Assembly: GCA_965208675.1 (NCBI GenBank)
Contig: OZ242351.1
Location: forward strand, 4,192,001 to 4,256,000
Source: Candidatus Poribacteria bacterium
GTDB lineage: Bacteria > Poribacteria > WGA-4E > PCPOR2b
Direction of reading: 5' to 3'
DNA: 64,000 nt
Of this stretch, positions 30,004 through 40,061 are shown piece after piece. A program made the position numbers and the translations under genes. The stretch's first letter is position 1. The number at the start of each line of letters is the position of its first letter. The notes beneath the pieces are model-generated. The model ran no database searches. It worked only from the letters and a program-made list of their open reading frames with translations, and was not told the DNA's origin.

Positions 30004-30370
30004 CTCAATTCAATACCTATATATTGCGCAATGTCGTAAAACTGAGTCCGAGAAAACTACATGACAAACAGTTTAATCTATTTTAACACGTCAGTAGCCC
30101 GGTTGTCTAGTATTTTCACCTAAGTAATCGGCATTCGCAATGAAGACAGAACAGCGCTTTTTCGATTGATTCGACGGTCGGTATTTTGATGCGTCAATGT
30201 TGACGAGGCGCGGTCCGGAACCTTAGCCACTTCTTTGACGACAGCGATGATTCTGCATGTCTCGACTTTAGGTTAAGGTGTTTAGCGTTGAGTAAATGAA
30301 CACATGCAGAGAAAATTGTGACAGTCAGAAAACTACTTCGGGCGGGACAAGGAGGGTAGGAGATTGTAGG

Positions 30371-30400
30371 TGTTTGGGGCAACTATCGTTGCCCCAAACA
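30371..30400. terminator. Perfect 13-bp stem hairpin downstream of the surface-protein gene (terminator or REP)
   Basis: TGTTTGGGGCAAC-TATC-GTTGCCCCAAACA, preceded by GTAGG. Confidence 0.55.
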
Positions 30401-30468
30401 TACCGTGCAAGTCGATGGATGGAACACAACAGGGATTGGAATTCAAACCACAAACTGGTCAATTGACA

Positions 30469-33400
30469 CTATTTCAGAATTAACATCTTCCGCGTAGCGG
30501 AATAATCTCCGGCAGTCAGGCGGTAGAAGTACAGACCGCTCGCTACGTGCTCACCGAATTCGTTTCTGCCGTCCCAATACGCGGCTTTCGTCCGATCCGT
30601 ATAATGGCCTGCTGCTTGATGCCCTAAATCCAACCAGCGCACTAACTCACCCTTGGAATCGTATATCGAGATACCCACATCGGCATTGTTCGACAGATGG
30701 TACGGTATCCACGTCTCAGGATTAAACGGATTCGGGAAATTCGGCAGCAGTTCAGCCGACTGCTGCGGCGCCGTATCTTCACGTTCGATGCCTTCGTCCG
30801 TGTCTTCCATGTCCTCTAAATCGTCTAATGCCACACCCAAATCCCACAAGTGAATCATATTGTGGTAACCGCCGCTCGCAAGAATTCCACCCCGGCTAAT
30901 TGCAACACTCCTGCCCCAGTTTGAATGGCGTTGCAGCACGTAGAGCGGCGTGCCCGCTGCCGCGTCCCAAATCCGGACGCTATTATCCTTGCCCGTACTG
31001 GCAAGCATTTCACCATTCGGGTGGAATGCCGCGCTGAACACCCAACCGCTATGCCCGGCAAGAACACGGCTAGATTCTGCTTCGAGATCCCATAACCGGA
31101 CGTTGCCGTCCGCGCCGGCGCTAGCGAGAGTGTTGTCACTACCGAACGCAACATTTAATACCTGTTCATCATGTCCGGAGAGTTCCTTTGCGATTTCACC
31201 GGTTTCAGGATTCCACAGCCGGACAACCGCATCGCCGCCGGCACTGGCAAGCATGTCCCCGTTCGGATTGAAGGAAACGCTCCACGCGCGAACCGAGTGG
31301 GCGCGTATGCGATGCCTACGCACAACTCTTCTCAAATTGGAAATGTCCCAAATGGATACATGCCCATACTCTGTCCCAGTTGCCAGGGTGTTCCCGTCAG
31401 GACTGAAGGCTATGCCCCAGACGGTGCCGCCCGGTCTGATAATTCGTTTGAGTCGCCCCGTATCAAGGTCCCATAACAACACTCTGGCATCCATGCCGCC
31501 GCTCGCCAATATGTTTCCATTCGGACTGAAGGCAACCGAGCGCACCGCAGCTTGATGACCGACAAGCGTCCGTTTGAGTTCTCGTGTTTCAACCTCCCAC
31601 ATCCGGACGGTGTTATCGTTATGCGCACTGGCAAGTATTTCACCATCCGGACTGAAAGCAACGCCGAACACCTTCTGGGGCCGGGTATCACCCAAAATAG
31701 CTGAAACTTCAAGGGCGTCAATGTATGTGGGTTCGGGAAACAACGGTGTCGCTGTAGCAGTAAACACAACCGTCTCATCTACTCCGGCGGCGGACACTTC
31801 CACGACAAATTCGCCGGGACTTTCGCCAAACGTGAGCGTGGCAGAGACCTGTCCAGCGACATTCGTGAGTGACGTAACATCGAGTGTTGCCCCGATTGGG
31901 ACGAGGTTGAATTGAATTGCAATGCCTTCTACCACGCGGTCTTCTTCATCCCGTACTTCAACCACGAGCGGATTTGGCAGCGCAGTGTTAACTTGAGCGG
32001 ATTGATTGTCGCCCGACACTTTGAGCAACTTTATGGCGTTGCCCGGTGTGTTGGGCACTGCGGCATGTAACTCTACTACTGCCACGCTGATGGTCTGAGT
32101 GGCGGTAGAGCCGTGTGTATCGGTTGCCGTCACAGTGATAGTTGCGCTCCCTTCTGCAACCGCGGTGATTGTCACCGTGTTCCCTGACAAACTGACTGAC
32201 ACGGCGCCGTTGCCACCGGCGGCGGAATAGCTCAGCGCGTCTCCGTCCGGATCGCTAAAACTGGCTGAAACTTGCTGGGTGTCACCCGCAGGCAGCAGAA
32301 TGGGGTCAATAGACCCCACAGCTTGGGGTGCACGGTTGTTGACGATGGTGCGCCGCGCGTTGGGAATCGGTGACACTATACTGGGCGGGGATTCTACCGT
32401 CACGTCAATGGTCTGAGTAGCGGTTGCGCCGTGTGTATCGGTTGCTGTCACAGTGATGGTTGCGCTCCCAGTTGCGACCGCCGTGATTGTCACCGTATTT
32501 CCTGAAATTCCCGCTGACGCGGAGCTGTTGCCGCCCGAGACGGAATAGCTCAACGTATCGCCGTCCGGGTCGTTGAATCCGGCGGAGACTTGCTGAGTGT
32601 CTCCCACAGTCAGCACGATGGGGTCAACAGTTCCCACTGCTTGGGGTGAACGGTTCGGGTCGTCGCCGTTCTCTGGCGGGTCGCTGGACGGCGCGCTAAC
32701 AGTAACGTTAAAGGTCATGCTCCCGGTCCCTTCCCCATCGTTACCCGTCACCGTTACAGCGGAAGTCCCTTCAGCCACCGGCGTGAGCGTGAGCGTTGAA
32801 CCTGAAACGCTGGCGGTAACAGAAGCTGAATTTGAGGAACTTGCTGAAAAGCTAATCGTATCACCATCGGGGTCGCTGAAGCTGCTTGCCAGATCAACGG
32901 TTCGTGTGCTGTCCCCCTCGGTAAGCGTCATGTCGGAAATCCATCCTTCGGGCACGCTGTTGAGCACCTTAGCAGTGAACGACACCGTCGTACCTGTTGT
33001 CCCATCATTCGCCGTCACTGTTATGGTAGAAGTGCCTTTAGCGCCAGCCTTCGAAATCGTAAGCGTTGAACCTGAAACGCTGACAGTCACATGACTCGTA
33101 TCCGAGGAGGATGCCGAGAACCTGAGCGTATCCCCATCGGAGTCGGTGAAACGGTGCGCCAAATTGATGGTTCGCGTGCTGGCGTGCTTGGAGAGCGTTA
33201 CATCCGGTACATATCCTCTGGGCGCGTTATTGACCACCGTAGCCGTGAAGTGCGGCGGTATCCAGCCCACTCGCCCATCGTCAGCCGTTACGCTGATGGT
33301 AGCTGAGCCAACAGCCACCGGAGTAAGGGTTAAGGTAGAACCGGACACGCTCGCAGTAACAACTTTTGTATTTGAGGAGCCTGCTGAAAAGGTAAGCGGA

Positions 33401-34203
33401 TCCCCATCGGGGTCGCTGAAACTGCTTGACAAATTAATGGTCTTTGCGCCGCCCCCTGCGGTAAGCGTAACATTGGAAAGCGATCCCTGCGGCCGGCTAT
33501 TGACTATCGAAGCCAAGAATGACACGGTTGTGGTCGTTGTCCCATCGTTAGCCGTTACCGATATATCGGAAGCGCCCCTAGCCACCGGAGTAATCGTCAG
33601 CGTTGAACTTGAAACACTCGCAGTCGCATACATCGTATGAGAGGAACTTGCCGTGAAGCTGAGCGTATCCCCGTCGGCGTCGCTGAAACTGCTTGACAAA
33701 TCAACCGTCTGTGCGCCGCCCGCTACGGTAAGCGTAACGTTGGAAAGCGATCCCGTCGGTGCCGTATTCAACACCGTCACCGAGAAGGCAACCCTCGCCC
33801 ACCGGCCTGAGGGATCCGTCGCTGTAATGGTTATCGTCGTCTTCCCCGGTGCCACAGGCGTGATTTTGAATACACGTACGCGTGTCGGCGGCCCGCCCCC
33901 TGGGGGAAACACTAATTTGAGGCCCAGCCCGATCGTTGCAACAGATGTTTTGCTGGATTCAAGTGAATACGAGAGCGTATCTCCGTCCGGGTCGCTGAAA
34001 ATGCTTGATGGGTCCTTCGTGACTGCGCCACCACTTTTGGTTATGCTCATAGCTTGAACGGGACGCACTGAAGGGCCTGTATTAGCCAACGAATCCGCTA
34101 CCGGTGCGGCGAAGAAAACCATCAGATAGAAAAAGCAATACAGCTTTAGCAAAGATTGTGTTCGGGGCATGTTTGCCCCAACTCTTGGTACAACAACGTT
34201 CAT
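30469..34203 (-). CDS. Large secreted/surface protein: signal peptide, 7 cadherin-like/Ig repeats, Big_1-like domain, WD40 propeller, C-terminal FlgD-Ig/CTD
   Basis: Seven F.D.DGD.L repeats; SGDNQ...LPNPLVVEVRD; about 7 VAFSPDG..LAS...D..VRLWD repeats; LLPNFPNPFNPETWIPY...WDGRNEFGEHVASGLYFY. Confidence 0.9.
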   Translation of the reverse strand: MNVVVPRVGANMPRTQSLLKLYCFFYLMVFFAAPVADSLANTGPSVRPVQAMSITKSGGAVTKDPSSIFSDPDGDTLSYSLESSKTSVATIGLGLKLVFPPGGGPPTRVRVFKITPVAPGKTTITITATDPSGRWARVAFSVTVLNTAPTGSLSNVTLTVAGGAQTVDLSSSFSDADGDTLSFTASSSHTMYATASVSSSTLTITPVARGASDISVTANDGTTTTTVSFLASIVNSRPQGSLSNVTLTAGGGAKTINLSSSFSDPDGDPLTFSAGSSNTKVVTASVSGSTLTLTPVAVGSATISVTADDGRVGWIPPHFTATVVNNAPRGYVPDVTLSKHASTRTINLAHRFTDSDGDTLRFSASSSDTSHVTVSVSGSTLTISKAGAKGTSTITVTANDGTTGTTVSFTAKVLNSVPEGWISDMTLTEGDSTRTVDLASSFSDPDGDTISFSASSSNSASVTASVSGSTLTLTPVAEGTSAVTVTGNDGEGTGSMTFNVTVSAPSSDPPENGDDPNRSPQAVGTVDPIVLTVGDTQQVSAGFNDPDGDTLSYSVSGGNSSASAGISGNTVTITAVATGSATITVTATDTHGATATQTIDVTVESPPSIVSPIPNARRTIVNNRAPQAVGSIDPILLPAGDTQQVSASFSDPDGDALSYSAAGGNGAVSVSLSGNTVTITAVAEGSATITVTATDTHGSTATQTISVAVVELHAAVPNTPGNAIKLLKVSGDNQSAQVNTALPNPLVVEVRDEEDRVVEGIAIQFNLVPIGATLDVTSLTNVAGQVSATLTFGESPGEFVVEVSAAGVDETVVFTATATPLFPEPTYIDALEVSAILGDTRPQKVFGVAFSPDGEILASAHNDNTVRMWEVETRELKRTLVGHQAAVRSVAFSPNGNILASGGMDARVLLWDLDTGRLKRIIRPGGTVWGIAFSPDGNTLATGTEYGHVSIWDISNLRRVVRRHRIRAHSVRAWSVSFNPNGDMLASAGGDAVVRLWNPETGEIAKELSGHDEQVLNVAFGSDNTLASAGADGNVRLWDLEAESSRVLAGHSGWVFSAAFHPNGEMLASTGKDNSVRIWDAAAGTPLYVLQRHSNWGRSVAISRGGILASGGYHNMIHLWDLGVALDDLEDMEDTDEGIEREDTAPQQSAELLPNFPNPFNPETWIPYHLSNNADVGISIYDSKGELVRWLDLGHQAAGHYTDRTKAAYWDGRNEFGEHVASGLYFYRLTAGDYSATRKMLILK

Positions 34204-34303
34204 ATTCGAGTGCCCTTCCTTTAATCGTTGAGGTGAAATTCCTAATTCGAATCACTACGTGAATTTCAATTGAAGTAAATTATGAATCCGTTATGTAGAG
34301 ACC

Positions 34304-34320
34304 TTGCACAATCTGTGCCA
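34304..34320 (-). promoter_or_regulatory. Sigma54 (-24/-12) promoter upstream of the surface-protein gene
   Basis: Minus strand TGGCACAGATTGTGCAA (GG-N10-GC), about 100 bp upstream of ATG 34203. Confidence 0.7.
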
Positions 34321-34623
34321 ATACGTCTGATCTCGCCACACACATGGCATCCGTGAGTATCTAGGGAAACAGCTGATGTCCAATGTTCAGCGGTCAAAAG
34401 GAAGTTCCACGGCAGATGAGGTGAGGGTAAGACTGGTGAAGTATGCAAATGCTATCGCGGCGGGATATTAGTCGTACACTTGAGTGTGGACTGCTACAGG
34501 AGTATTATCTTGATTTTATGAATGCGGTATACTGCTATCCTTGAAGGACAAACGAAACAGACAGAGTTTTCAAGGAAAGTCTCGGCTTCACGGCAGACAA
34601 TTCTATTCAATCAGATGTGAAAA

Positions 34624-35089
34624 TTTTTTCGGGCATGAGATTCGAAATGTGAGTTTAACGGTTTGGGGCGTATGTTCGGATTGTTGCAAAATGCAACAGT
34701 TTTGATGGGATGGGAGGCAGGAAAACCGGTAGTAATAAGGGTTTATGGAGGTTTCGTTGCAACATGCAACAGCGAGGCATTTCGCAACATCAAAAATAAC
34801 AGGACGACGTATCGAAGCGCTATATCGGACGAATATCGGTAGTATTCTTGTATGTAGGTTGCTTAAAGAGTACTATTTTGATTTGATCAATCCGATGCAA
34901 CAGGAATATTTTTTTCGGGCATGAGATGAGAAATGCGGGCGAGACGTTTTGGGGTGTTTGTTCGGATTGTTGCAAAATACAACAGTTTTGACGGGATGGG
35001 CGGCAGGAAAATCGGTGGTAATAAGGGTTTATGTAGTTTTCGTTGCAACATGCAACAGCGAGGCATTTTGCAACATCAAAAATAACAGG
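34624..35089. repeat. Two ~180-bp direct repeats (34624-34803, 34910-35089; period 286 bp), each with two (T/C)GTTGCA-N3-T(G/A)CAACA palindromes; putative enhancer (UAS)
   Basis: Copies align base for base with scattered mismatches; palindromes at 34682-34698, 34755-34771, 34968-34984 and 35041-35057. Confidence 0.85.
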
Positions 35090-35394
35090 GAGATAGGACC
35101 AGTGCAATTGGGTGAAATAGTCTGCCTAACCGAAGCAGATTAAAATCATTTGGGTTCATATTTTAACTCGGAGTGATTGACCAATTGATAATCGAGGCTA
35201 GGAAGGCTCTCCCACCCGCCAATAAGTAAATGAATGATTTATGGTTGCAATGGCTAAAACAGCCGTGAAAGAGGAAAATTCGATGAGTTGATAGTTGTCA
35301 GTCTCGCTTTACAAGACTGGGAGGAAATGCCTATCCTAGCAAGGGGCAAACAAAATTGCTGCGGAAAATCGTCATTCCTGCGTTTATTGAGGAT

Positions 35395-37377
35395 CTAGTC
35401 CCATTCATCCGCGCCGGGTTGGTTATATTTGTTTAATTTCCGATGAAACGTGGTGCGATCAATGCCCAGGGCTTCCGCGGCTTTGGTAACATTGTTGCCC
35501 ATAACCTTGAGCGCGTGGATGATGGCTCGCCGTTCTACGGCATCAAGCGGAACAATAACATTTGAAACAGACGCCGTTGAATCGATAGCTTCCGCTGATC
35601 GAACGCTCGGAATCTGTAGAGATAAGCTGTCGGGTTGCAGGAATTCAGTTGTTTCAAACAAAACGGCTCGCTCAATGACATTCTCCAGTTCGCGTACGTT
35701 GCCGGGAAAATCATACTGTACCAAGAGTTGCAGCGCTTCTGGAGAGATCGCGCGAATAGACTTACCGCTGTCCTCGACGTATTTTTTTAGAAAGTAATTT
35801 GCTAAGACAGGGATATCCTCAAGACGCTCTCTAAGCGGCGGGATGCGAATGGGAAAAGCGGCAATGCGGAAATATAAATCCTCCCGGAATCCACCCGCCT
35901 TGACGGCTGCCTCTAAATCACGGTTGGTCGCCGTCAACACTCGGATGTCAGTCACAATATTCGTGGCGCCGCCGACGCGTTGAAAGTGTCGTTCTTGCAA
36001 AACGCGCAACAGCTTTGCTTGAAGGCTAAGTTGCATCTCGCCGATTTCATCGAGAAAGATGGTGCCTTTGTCGGCTTGCTCAAATTTCCCGATTCGTCTA
36101 GCAGACGCCCCGGTAAAAGCCCCGCGCTCATGACCGAACAGCTCGCTTTCGATCAGCGATTCAGGAATAGCCGTGCAGTTGATGGTAATAAACGGCCCGG
36201 CTTTACGCTGGCTGTTATAGTGAATGGACCTCGCCACGAGTTCCTTTCCCGTACCACTCTCGCCGTGAATAAGGACAGTGATATTGCCTTCGGTAGCGCG
36301 CTGAATAAGCGAGTATAATTCCCGCATTGCTTTGCTTTTGCCTACGATTTCATCGTAGGAGTAGGTGGTCTCAAGTGCTGTCCTCAAACGCACAACCTCC
36401 GCTTTCATCCGTTGGATTTCCGCCTCCTTGGAAATGTTGCGGTAACTGAACACGGTACCGCCTCCATCGCTCCCGGTGTTCTTGATAGGCATTGCCATAC
36501 GATAAAAGAGTCTTTGCGTTGAGTTGTCCTTGCCATCAATTTCTTCCATAATGCTTTCCACATTTTCTAGCTGTGTGATTCGATCTTCATCGGGGACCTC
36601 GAACGCTTGCAGCCGCGCTGCAATGCGCGCCTCAAGGTCAGCAGGCGACATCTGGTCAAGTTGACTCTTGGTCAAGTCGAACAACTGGCAATACCCATGA
36701 TTGGCAAATAGTAGATTACCATTGTCATCAAACATTCCAATAACGTCTCCTGTGGCATCAATCACGGTTTCCAGCCTTCGATGGCTAGTTGCAAGTTGCC
36801 TGCGGTTTTCTATCAATTCCTGTTCAATGTTCCACTTCTGAACCAGAGACATAGTGATTTGCTGCACTTCTTCCCGCGCGAAAGGTTTCCTGATATAAAG
36901 CAGCTTGTGAAGCAATTCCATATCCCGCACTATTTCAGGCAGCGGCTTGTCCGTGTAGGCGGTCATGATCACTATTTCAATGTTTTTATCAATTTTTCTG
37001 ATTCGGCGGATAGTTTCAATTCCATCTATTCCCGGCGGCATCCTGATATCCACGTAGGCAACAGCTATGGGCTCGTCAGAGTCCTTCCCGGACCCTACCA
37101 TGGCGTAAGCTTGTTCACCGCTAGAAGCGTGGAACAGGTCGAGATCCGGTAAAAATGTGTCATCGGCTTCCTCAAGAAACGCTTCCGCAAGATCATCAGT
37201 CGAGGTTTCTGAAGATGGACCGGAGAACAACATATCATCGAAGTCGTCGTGAATGTTTTCTTGATCGTCAACAATCAGGACGCGGTTATTCCATTCTGGG
37301 TTTTGATTTCTCGGGTTCACTTTTCTTCCTCCAATATAAACTTCTGCTTTGCGAAAAGAGCTAGATTTAAGAGTCAT
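35395..37377 (-). CDS. Sigma54-dependent enhancer-binding response regulator (REC-PAS-AAA+-Fis HTH)
   Basis: VLIVDD...YVDIRMPPG (intact phospho-Asp)...IMTAY...KPF; GESGTGKELVAR, ESELFGHERGAFTGA, FLDEIGE, FREDLYFR, FPGNVRELEN, AAEALGIDRTTFHRKL. Confidence 0.95.
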   Translation of the reverse strand: MTLKSSSFRKAEVYIGGRKVNPRNQNPEWNNRVLIVDDQENIHDDFDDMLFSGPSSETSTDDLAEAFLEEADDTFLPDLDLFHASSGEQAYAMVGSGKDSDEPIAVAYVDIRMPPGIDGIETIRRIRKIDKNIEIVIMTAYTDKPLPEIVRDMELLHKLLYIRKPFAREEVQQITMSLVQKWNIEQELIENRRQLATSHRRLETVIDATGDVIGMFDDNGNLLFANHGYCQLFDLTKSQLDQMSPADLEARIAARLQAFEVPDEDRITQLENVESIMEEIDGKDNSTQRLFYRMAMPIKNTGSDGGGTVFSYRNISKEAEIQRMKAEVVRLRTALETTYSYDEIVGKSKAMRELYSLIQRATEGNITVLIHGESGTGKELVARSIHYNSQRKAGPFITINCTAIPESLIESELFGHERGAFTGASARRIGKFEQADKGTIFLDEIGEMQLSLQAKLLRVLQERHFQRVGGATNIVTDIRVLTATNRDLEAAVKAGGFREDLYFRIAAFPIRIPPLRERLEDIPVLANYFLKKYVEDSGKSIRAISPEALQLLVQYDFPGNVRELENVIERAVLFETTEFLQPDSLSLQIPSVRSAEAIDSTASVSNVIVPLDAVERRAIIHALKVMGNNVTKAAEALGIDRTTFHRKLNKYNQPGADEWD

Positions 37378-37437
37378 GTTCGGTAGTGCCCTATGCCTTC
37401 AACGACCGACGCCGCGTATCGTGATTCGGAATTTTTT

Positions 37438-39897
37438 CTACGGTGTAACAGAGACCAACCGGAGCATGATCCGCATGGTTGTGCCTTTGCCAATCCCCTC
37501 ACTCAACGCGTGGATTTTGCCGCCGCAGCCAATAACAAAATTCGCTGTTGAATGCAAACCCAGTCCGCTTCCGGAATTTTTGGTGGTGTAACCGGCGGCG
37601 AAGACTTTCTTGTAGTTTTCCGGTTCTAACCCGATTCCGTTGTCCGTTACGTCAATGAAAAGAAATCCGTCCTTAACATACCCATTAATCTCTATGCTAG
37701 GGGTTTCATTTTGTCCACCGGTTTGCGTGAGTTCGTCAATGGCTTCAATGGAATTTTTGATTAGGTTGACTATCATTTGATGGAATTGGTTCTCCTGGAT
37801 TCGTACCTCCATGGGCGCATTTGAACAATCAATCCTAATCTGAATTCCTCTTTGGTCAATTGAATCTTGGAGCAGTTTGGCAGCATCCGCCACAGCCTTC
37901 TGAAGAGTGACATCCTTGCGAACCACACTTGCATTGCTATACGATTTCTGCGTCCGGATAATTTCGGCGATGTGCGTTGACCTGCCTTTAACGCGCTCCA
38001 CAGTGCGAATCAACTTCTCATTCTGATTGGAGAAATCTTCGGCGAGCCCAAGCACAAACGGTAGCACCTTTTTTCCCTGCGGATCGTTTTTGATGTAGTC
38101 AATCCAGTCCGTTTGATGCATCTTAATAGCATTCGCCAAGGCATTAAAGCGTTGGATAAGCTTATCTTCAACTAGCTCATCATAAAGGGTACCTATGCCT
38201 ACCATAACGCTGTTGATTGCGTTCCCTATATTGTGGAGGATAGTATCAACAATCTCCAACCGCCCTTGGGCAAATGCTTGTGCCAAGGCTTCCTCTTCAA
38301 GCATTCGTTGGGTGACATCGCGAAAAACGACGACACCGCCGTTCTCAATACCCCATTGATTGCGGATAGGCCTCCCACTTGCACTAATAAAGACGCCCTC
38401 CGGAAAAATCTCACTGTTGGAAACAAACATATTGACTTCGTCGGTTTCCTCGCCTTGGATTGCAAGTCTCAGCGGTAGTTGATCTAGTGGATACGGCGTG
38501 ACTCGGTCGGGAAAATAGAAATCCTGCCCGGCAATCAACGCATCAAGCGTCCACATCTCGGGCGGCTGATCCCAAAATTTGCGCCTAAGAATTCGATCGG
38601 CGCCAGGATTAAAGATTTTTATCTCAGCGTTTTCATTGCCGACTATAACGCCGTCACTGATGCTTTCAAAGATGGACTCCATGAACTGCGTCTGGTTGGT
38701 TAAGCTGTCGATTGTCTGTTCTAACTGGATCTCCGTCTCCTTGAGTTTTGTGACGTCTCGGAAGATGATAACGCCGCCGCGCACGCCGCCTTCCTTTTCA
38801 AGCAAAGGTCTTCCACTGACGTTGATATAAATTCCCTCCGGTTTCATCGCGTTTCTTTGAAATAAATCGACGCTATCTGTTTCCTTGCCTTGCATCGCGT
38901 GTACAAGCGGAAGTTCGTTTGACGGATAGGGAGTAACTTTATCGGGGTAAAAAGTACCGTACGTATCGGACCATTCGCCGGGTTGGGTGTCGGTTTCTCC
39001 CATACCGACAATCCGTTCCGCGCTTGGATTAACAAGCAGGAAATTGCCCACTTCGTCGGTAGCGACAACTCCGTCACTCATACTGTCAAGTACGGTTTCC
39101 ATCAGTTGGGTTTGTTTTTGGAGTTCATCAATGGTCTGATCCAGTTTGCGCTCGGCGGTTTTGAGTTTTGAAATATCGTGGAAGACCATCACGGCGCCGT
39201 AGTTATTTGCATGTGCGTCAACAATAGGTGCTACCGTAAAGTCAACGCGAGTTTCCTTGCCATCTGCATGTATGAGCATCGTATCAAAGTTGGTGTAGTT
39301 GTCTACGCTGCCGTCTTCTGGGGAAGCCAAGTCGGCATTGGTTTTGAATACTTGCGCCAGCGACCTGTCCTTCGCTTCCTCCTGGTTCCACCCGGTCAAA
39401 CGCTCGGCGACTGAATTCATGTAGGTAACCAACCCGTTTTTGTTGGTGGCGATCACGCCTTCACCGATACTGTTTAGAATGGTCGTGCGCCGGCGTTCTT
39501 TCTCAACGAATTTCTTATCTTCCTCATACCAGAATAGATGGTTCTCAATGCTAAGAATTAATTGGTTAGTGTCATAAGGCTTGAAAACATGACCAAATGC
39601 TCGCGTTACCTTGACGCGCTGAAGTAGCGCCTCGTTTACATAACCGGTAAGATAAATGATTGGAATGTCCAAGCGCTCATATACCTTTTTGGCAATATCT
39701 ATGCCATTCATGGTTTCTTGAGGCCCCACATTAATTAAGGCTAAATCGGGGGTAATCTCCATCGCAGTTTCAACGACTTGTGAGTCGGCTGGAATAGCAG
39801 CGCAGACATTATATCCTACATCAGTTAGCCGTTCCGCGATATCGTCGGCGAGGTCGGGATCGTCCTCAACAATAAGAATCTTCGTTTTCTCCGGCAC
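37438..39897 (-). CDS. Soluble histidine kinase: pseudo-receiver, 3 PAS, HisKA, HATPase
   Basis: REC with ALINV in place of the phospho-Asp; three S..(D/E)GV...NP.A PAS starts; ILHNIGN H-box; NLIKNSIEA, DNGIG, GYTTK, GSGLGL. Confidence 0.92.
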   Translation of the reverse strand: MPEKTKILIVEDDPDLADDIAERLTDVGYNVCAAIPADSQVVETAMEITPDLALINVGPQETMNGIDIAKKVYERLDIPIIYLTGYVNEALLQRVKVTRAFGHVFKPYDTNQLILSIENHLFWYEEDKKFVEKERRRTTILNSIGEGVIATNKNGLVTYMNSVAERLTGWNQEEAKDRSLAQVFKTNADLASPEDGSVDNYTNFDTMLIHADGKETRVDFTVAPIVDAHANNYGAVMVFHDISKLKTAERKLDQTIDELQKQTQLMETVLDSMSDGVVATDEVGNFLLVNPSAERIVGMGETDTQPGEWSDTYGTFYPDKVTPYPSNELPLVHAMQGKETDSVDLFQRNAMKPEGIYINVSGRPLLEKEGGVRGGVIIFRDVTKLKETEIQLEQTIDSLTNQTQFMESIFESISDGVIVGNENAEIKIFNPGADRILRRKFWDQPPEMWTLDALIAGQDFYFPDRVTPYPLDQLPLRLAIQGEETDEVNMFVSNSEIFPEGVFISASGRPIRNQWGIENGGVVVFRDVTQRMLEEEALAQAFAQGRLEIVDTILHNIGNAINSVMVGIGTLYDELVEDKLIQRFNALANAIKMHQTDWIDYIKNDPQGKKVLPFVLGLAEDFSNQNEKLIRTVERVKGRSTHIAEIIRTQKSYSNASVVRKDVTLQKAVADAAKLLQDSIDQRGIQIRIDCSNAPMEVRIQENQFHQMIVNLIKNSIEAIDELTQTGGQNETPSIEINGYVKDGFLFIDVTDNGIGLEPENYKKVFAAGYTTKNSGSGLGLHSTANFVIGCGGKIHALSEGIGKGTTMRIMLRLVSVTP

Positions 39898-40061
39898 AGT
39901 GGTCTCTCCTTATTTGTCGGTAGATTCGAAAGACCTACCTTGAATTCAAGCCCCAAGTGGACCATTCGCTTTCGAGTACATCCGGGTAATTTACTCCCAT
40001 CATTGCGTGCCAAGCTTGTGAATCACTCTACAATGCCGCTATGGCGGTAAAATTCTCGCGT

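Noticed and set aside
30653-34057. Several plus-strand ORFs of 66-201 aa
   Set aside because: Antisense shadows of the repetitive Ig/WD40 gene.
34624-35089. Possible CRISPR array or DGR template/variable repeat pair
   Set aside because: Two long non-coding copies; mismatches are not confined to adenines; no reverse transcriptase or cas gene in the window.
39997-40012. Possible internal sigma54 promoter (minus strand TGGCACGCAATGATGG)
   Set aside because: Good -24 box but no GC at the required 10-bp spacing.
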